Shown here: positions 60,469 through 64,000 of the stretch, one piece after another
Layout: every line of letters starts with the position of its first letter
Position numbering within the stretch: the first letter of the stretch is position 1
IMG/VR virus record: IMGVR_UViG_3300005731_000013
Location: 32,001 to 96,000 of that record
Reading direction: 5' to 3' (one strand)
Length of the DNA stretch: 64,000 nt
Source of the DNA: a virus
Program-made: the position numbers and the translations under genes
The notes under the pieces: generated by a model
The model's input: only the letters and a program-made list of their open reading frames with translations
The model's database searches: none
Told to the model about the DNA's origin: nothing

Positions 60469-63400
60469 ATGAGTCAAAGTATTAGACAACGAAATTTATT
60501 TGCAGCAGAAGATTATAGAGTAATTTATGATAGTTTTCGCCAGGCGAATTTTCAAGCTTACGATTATGATACAATTCGGGGTGCATTGGTAGAATATATC
60601 AAGCAACAATATCCAGAAAATTATAATGATTGGATTCAAAGTAGTGAATTTGTTGCATTGATTGAAACCTTATCTTTCTTAGCACATTCTCTTGCATTCC
60701 GAATTGATCAAGCAGGCAGAGAAAACTTTCTAAGCACGGCTACCCGCCGTGAAAGTGTCTTGAGAATTGCAGAATTTTTAGGATATACTGCAACACGACA
60801 TCAACCAGCACGTGGTCAACTTAAAGTCGTTGGCATTCGTACAACACAGGATGTATATGACATCAATGGTGCTTCGTTGAAAAACACAACTATTGATTTT
60901 GAAGATGCGTATCAAAATTTCCTGTTGGTAATGAATGAAATTTTGAATGATACAAATAAATTTGGACGACCTACAAATAGTGTTTCTATAGGTAACGTGA
61001 AAACTGACTTATATTCTACAAACAATAGTGCTGATAGAAATATTGTATTTCAAATTAATGGTGACGTGAATAATGTAACTAGATCATTTGAAATACATAG
61101 TTTGGATATAGATTCATCAGAACAATTAGTTGAAGCAGAACCTAATCCTGATTCATCTTTTGACCTAGTATATAAAAATGACAGCCAAGGATTGGGCAGC
61201 GGCAATACAGGTTTTTTTGTAGGATTCAAACAAGGTAATTTACAGTATAATGACATCAATGCAGACCAAGCAATAAGCAATCTTGTAATTGATCTAGGTG
61301 CATCAGATGTAAATGATAGTGATATTTGGGTTCAAGGAATTAATGGTGATGGTGAAGTTCAAGATTCTTGGACCAAGGTTGATTCAACTTTTGGCGCGAA
61401 TACAATGTTTAATACAATTAGACAAGATAATAGAAAATTGTATAGTGTTAAAACTGTAGACAATGATAATGTAAATGTTATTTTTGGTGATGGAGTATAT
61501 AGTGAGATTCCTAGAGGCATATTACGTATTTGGTATCGAACTGGATTGAATCAAACCTATACATTAGATACTTCGGATATTGGCACAGTCTCATTTAGTT
61601 TTGATTATAATGCAAAAGATAATAATACATACAAAGTAACATTCACTTGTGAATTACAATCACCTGTCACAAATGCAGCAGCACAAGAAACAATTACAAG
61701 TATTAAGAATAATGCAGGACGTGTGTTTGCAACACAAGATCGAATGATTACAGCTGATGACTATTCTGTTTATCCATTAACTGTAAGTGAAAACATTAAG
61801 AAATTGAAGGCAGTTAATAGAACTTACACAGGACATTCACGTTTCATCAAATCACAAGATCCAACTGCAACATACCAAAATGTTGATATGTTTGCAGATG
61901 ATGGTTATTTGTATACTGAAGGCAAGGTGTTTAGAAGTTCGTTGGATTTACCAACGAATTTATCAGCCGAACAGATTTATGAACGTTATTTGGCAGATAT
62001 CATAAAAAATCCTGAGGTCATTAACACATTTTATGACAAATATGATGTAAACAATGTCAGTTATACTACATCAGCAACAAGTTATGAATGGCAACAAATT
62101 ACATCAGGATATAAAGGATCAACTGGCTATTTGACTAAAAACAGTGTAATACAAAAGGTTGGTAGTAATGCAACAAATGACTTGAATATTTTACGACCTG
62201 GTGCAATAGTCGAATTTATTGAAGATCCATATGGAACTGGATCTTTAGGCGAGGCGGGCGATTCACTTAACATTGTTGATGGTGGGTCAGGGTATACTAG
62301 CATTCCGACTGTTACTATTAGAGGAACAGGAACAGGCGCAACTGCCATTGCTTCAGTCAGTGGTGGAAAAGTTACGTCTGTAGTGTTGACTGATGGAGGA
62401 CAAAATTATCAAAACCCAGTTATAGTTGATATTGACGGGAATGGAACAGGTGCAAGCGTATCAGTTGTAATTTCAAATTCAACAAGAACATGGGCCCGTG
62501 TAATTGATGTGACGTCTGAAGGGCAAGGTGTTGTTGACACTAATGGCAACCCAACAGGGTTAACATCTAGAGGTCAAGGAACGATTATTTTAAATAAGTC
62601 TATTCCTAATACAGCTAGAGTAAGTAGAATCTTCCCTGCATATAAGACTGAATTTTCAACAGATGAAAAAAATAATATTTTAAGTGAGCTAACAAGTTTG
62701 AATAATTTCGGATTGCGTTACTCAACAGTTGATAATGAATGGATTGTTATTCAATCAGGTGATTTGCCTGATGAGGATGAAAATAATCCAGATTACTTTA
62801 GTTTAGATTACGCAGGTAATGAAACAAATGGGAATTTGGATCACAGTTGGCTTATTCGTGTAAATTATAGTGCGGATGCATGGCGATTTATTTCTAGAAG
62901 AGTTAGATATGTATTCGGGTCAGATAATCAATTACGATTTTATAACCAAAATGGTCGACGTAAATTTAATGTTGACACAAACAAGCCAGAATATGATCAA
63001 GTAGTGGTCAACAGTGTTAATACACAACCTGGAGGATCAGATTATCCAATGGGTGTAGATTCTGTATTTTTTGTTCACAAATATTATACAGAGCCAGATG
63101 GGTATACTGATGATAGGAAAATGATTGTAACATTAGCTGATTATAACAATGACAATTATCCTGATAATCCAATGTCATTTAAAAATCTAGTATCAAATGA
63201 CACCATAACTATTGGGGAAATAACAGATGACGGGAATACATATGTTGTTAGAACTGATGACGGCACATCAGTAACAGGCAGAGATAATCTATCAGTAAAA
63301 TGGAGTAGGATTTCAAGTTCTAATTATAGAATCGATCCAAGTCTTAGCAATATTATTGATGTGTTTGTTCTTAACCAAAATTATGATACTAAATACCGTG

Positions 63401-63891
63401 AGTGGTTAGCAGGAACAAGAAATATTGACAATATGCCATCTATTCCAACAGAATCTGAACTTGAAACTCAATTTGCTGAATTAAATACAAAGAAAGCAAT
63501 AAGTGATTCTATCGTATATCGTGCTTCAGAATATAAAGTATTGTTTGGTGAATTAGCTGATATTGAATTACAAGGAAGATTTAACATTGTGAAAGTATCA
63601 GGAACAACATTAACTGATAGTGAGATTAAGTCTAGAGTGTTGACATCAATTAATGAATTTTTTGATTTAGATAACTGGGACTTTGGTGAAACATTTTATT
63701 TCACGGAATTGTCAGCATACATACATCAGCAATTGCCTGGAATAATTAGCAGTGTTGTTATTATTCCAGTTCAGACTGAAAGCCAATTTGGTGATTTATT
63801 CCAAATTACTCCGAATAGTAATGAATTATTCATTCCAGACGTAACATTACAAGACATAGATATTGTCGACTCATTAAATGCATTAAGGTGA
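60469..63891 (+). CDS. gp6: Baseplate wedge protein gp6
   Basis: ENFLSTA.RRESV, FGDG, TQDRMITADDY, WDFGETFY. Confidence 0.9.
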   Translation: MSQSIRQRNLFAAEDYRVIYDSFRQANFQAYDYDTIRGALVEYIKQQYPENYNDWIQSSEFVALIETLSFLAHSLAFRIDQAGRENFLSTATRRESVLRIAEFLGYTATRHQPARGQLKVVGIRTTQDVYDINGASLKNTTIDFEDAYQNFLLVMNEILNDTNKFGRPTNSVSIGNVKTDLYSTNNSADRNIVFQINGDVNNVTRSFEIHSLDIDSSEQLVEAEPNPDSSFDLVYKNDSQGLGSGNTGFFVGFKQGNLQYNDINADQAISNLVIDLGASDVNDSDIWVQGINGDGEVQDSWTKVDSTFGANTMFNTIRQDNRKLYSVKTVDNDNVNVIFGDGVYSEIPRGILRIWYRTGLNQTYTLDTSDIGTVSFSFDYNAKDNNTYKVTFTCELQSPVTNAAAQETITSIKNNAGRVFATQDRMITADDYSVYPLTVSENIKKLKAVNRTYTGHSRFIKSQDPTATYQNVDMFADDGYLYTEGKVFRSSLDLPTNLSAEQIYERYLADIIKNPEVINTFYDKYDVNNVSYTTSATSYEWQQITSGYKGSTGYLTKNSVIQKVGSNATNDLNILRPGAIVEFIEDPYGTGSLGEAGDSLNIVDGGSGYTSIPTVTIRGTGTGATAIASVSGGKVTSVVLTDGGQNYQNPVIVDIDGNGTGASVSVVISNSTRTWARVIDVTSEGQGVVDTNGNPTGLTSRGQGTIILNKSIPNTARVSRIFPAYKTEFSTDEKNNILSELTSLNNFGLRYSTVDNEWIVIQSGDLPDEDENNPDYFSLDYAGNETNGNLDHSWLIRVNYSADAWRFISRRVRYVFGSDNQLRFYNQNGRRKFNVDTNKPEYDQVVVNSVNTQPGGSDYPMGVDSVFFVHKYYTEPDGYTDDRKMIVTLADYNNDNYPDNPMSFKNLVSNDTITIGEITDDGNTYVVRTDDGTSVTGRDNLSVKWSRISSSNYRIDPSLSNIIDVFVLNQNYDTKYREWLAGTRNIDNMPSIPTESELETQFAELNTKKAISDSIVYRASEYKVLFGELADIELQGRFNIVKVSGTTLTDSEIKSRVLTSINEFFDLDNWDFGETFYFTELSAYIHQQLPGIISSVVIIPVQTESQFGDLFQITPNSNELFIPDVTLQDIDIVDSLNALR

Positions 63892-63895
63892 TTAA

Positions 63896-64000
63896 ATGGC
63901 AAACAAATACATAGCCAATCCAACAACAGTAGTAAATTCAACACAAACCGCAGAAACAACTAATAGTCAAGAAATTCAAGATTACAGTGTGTTTCTACCT
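63896..64000 (+). CDS. Start of the next baseplate/tail protein (truncated by the window)
   Basis: ATG at 63896, open to the window end (MANKYIANP...SVFLP). Confidence 0.6.
   Translation, partial: MANKYIANPTTVVNSTQTAETTNSQEIQDYSVFLP

Noticed and set aside
62260-62480. GGSGY/GTGATA repeat insertion in gp6
   Set aside because: Common decoration module in T4-like structural proteins; not unusual.
1-64000. CRISPR array, tRNA or rRNA genes
   Set aside because: No regularly spaced repeat-spacer pattern or cloverleaf was recognised by eye; a tRNAscan/CRISPR search was not run.
1-64000. Alternative genetic code (stop-codon reassignment)
   Set aside because: Core genes are full length and coding density is high under the standard code.

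Overview
AT-rich (roughly one-third GC, estimated by eye) 64-kb segment of a large T4-like (jumbo-type) myovirus genome, read in the standard genetic code. It carries the recombination/replication core (uvsY, uvsX, gp32, gp46/47, dNMP kinase, gp55 late sigma factor), DNA packaging genes, head genes (gp20-23), neck and tail genes (gp13-15, gp18, gp19) and baseplate genes (gp5, gp6, gp25, gp26, gp53), plus islands of small early genes behind a conserved sigma70-type promoter. Main highlights: (1) seven paralogous 505-640 aa genes, about 18% of the window, each next to a core gene and combining a Zn finger, tandem repeats, an HTH, a Vsr/DUF559-like nuclease and a C-terminal GNAT/Mom-like domain; (2) a large terminase fractured by an atypically split intein (30-aa IntN, 114-aa IntC) with one of these genes between the halves; (3) an Ala1 class-3-type intein in the gp46 Walker A motif; (4) a hairpin-rich non-coding region of about 650 nt with its own promoter, directly downstream of a minimal GIY-YIG nuclease; (5) a phage-encoded MotA/ExbB + MotB/ExbD-like membrane operon; (6) three ADP-ribosyltransferase-like proteins with capsid-targeting-like N-termini; (7) a probable -1 frameshift in the gp26-like gene; (8) recurrent ATAAATA-N5-ATG starts suggesting leaderless late mRNAs. 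All calls come from motif recognition by eye; no database search was run.
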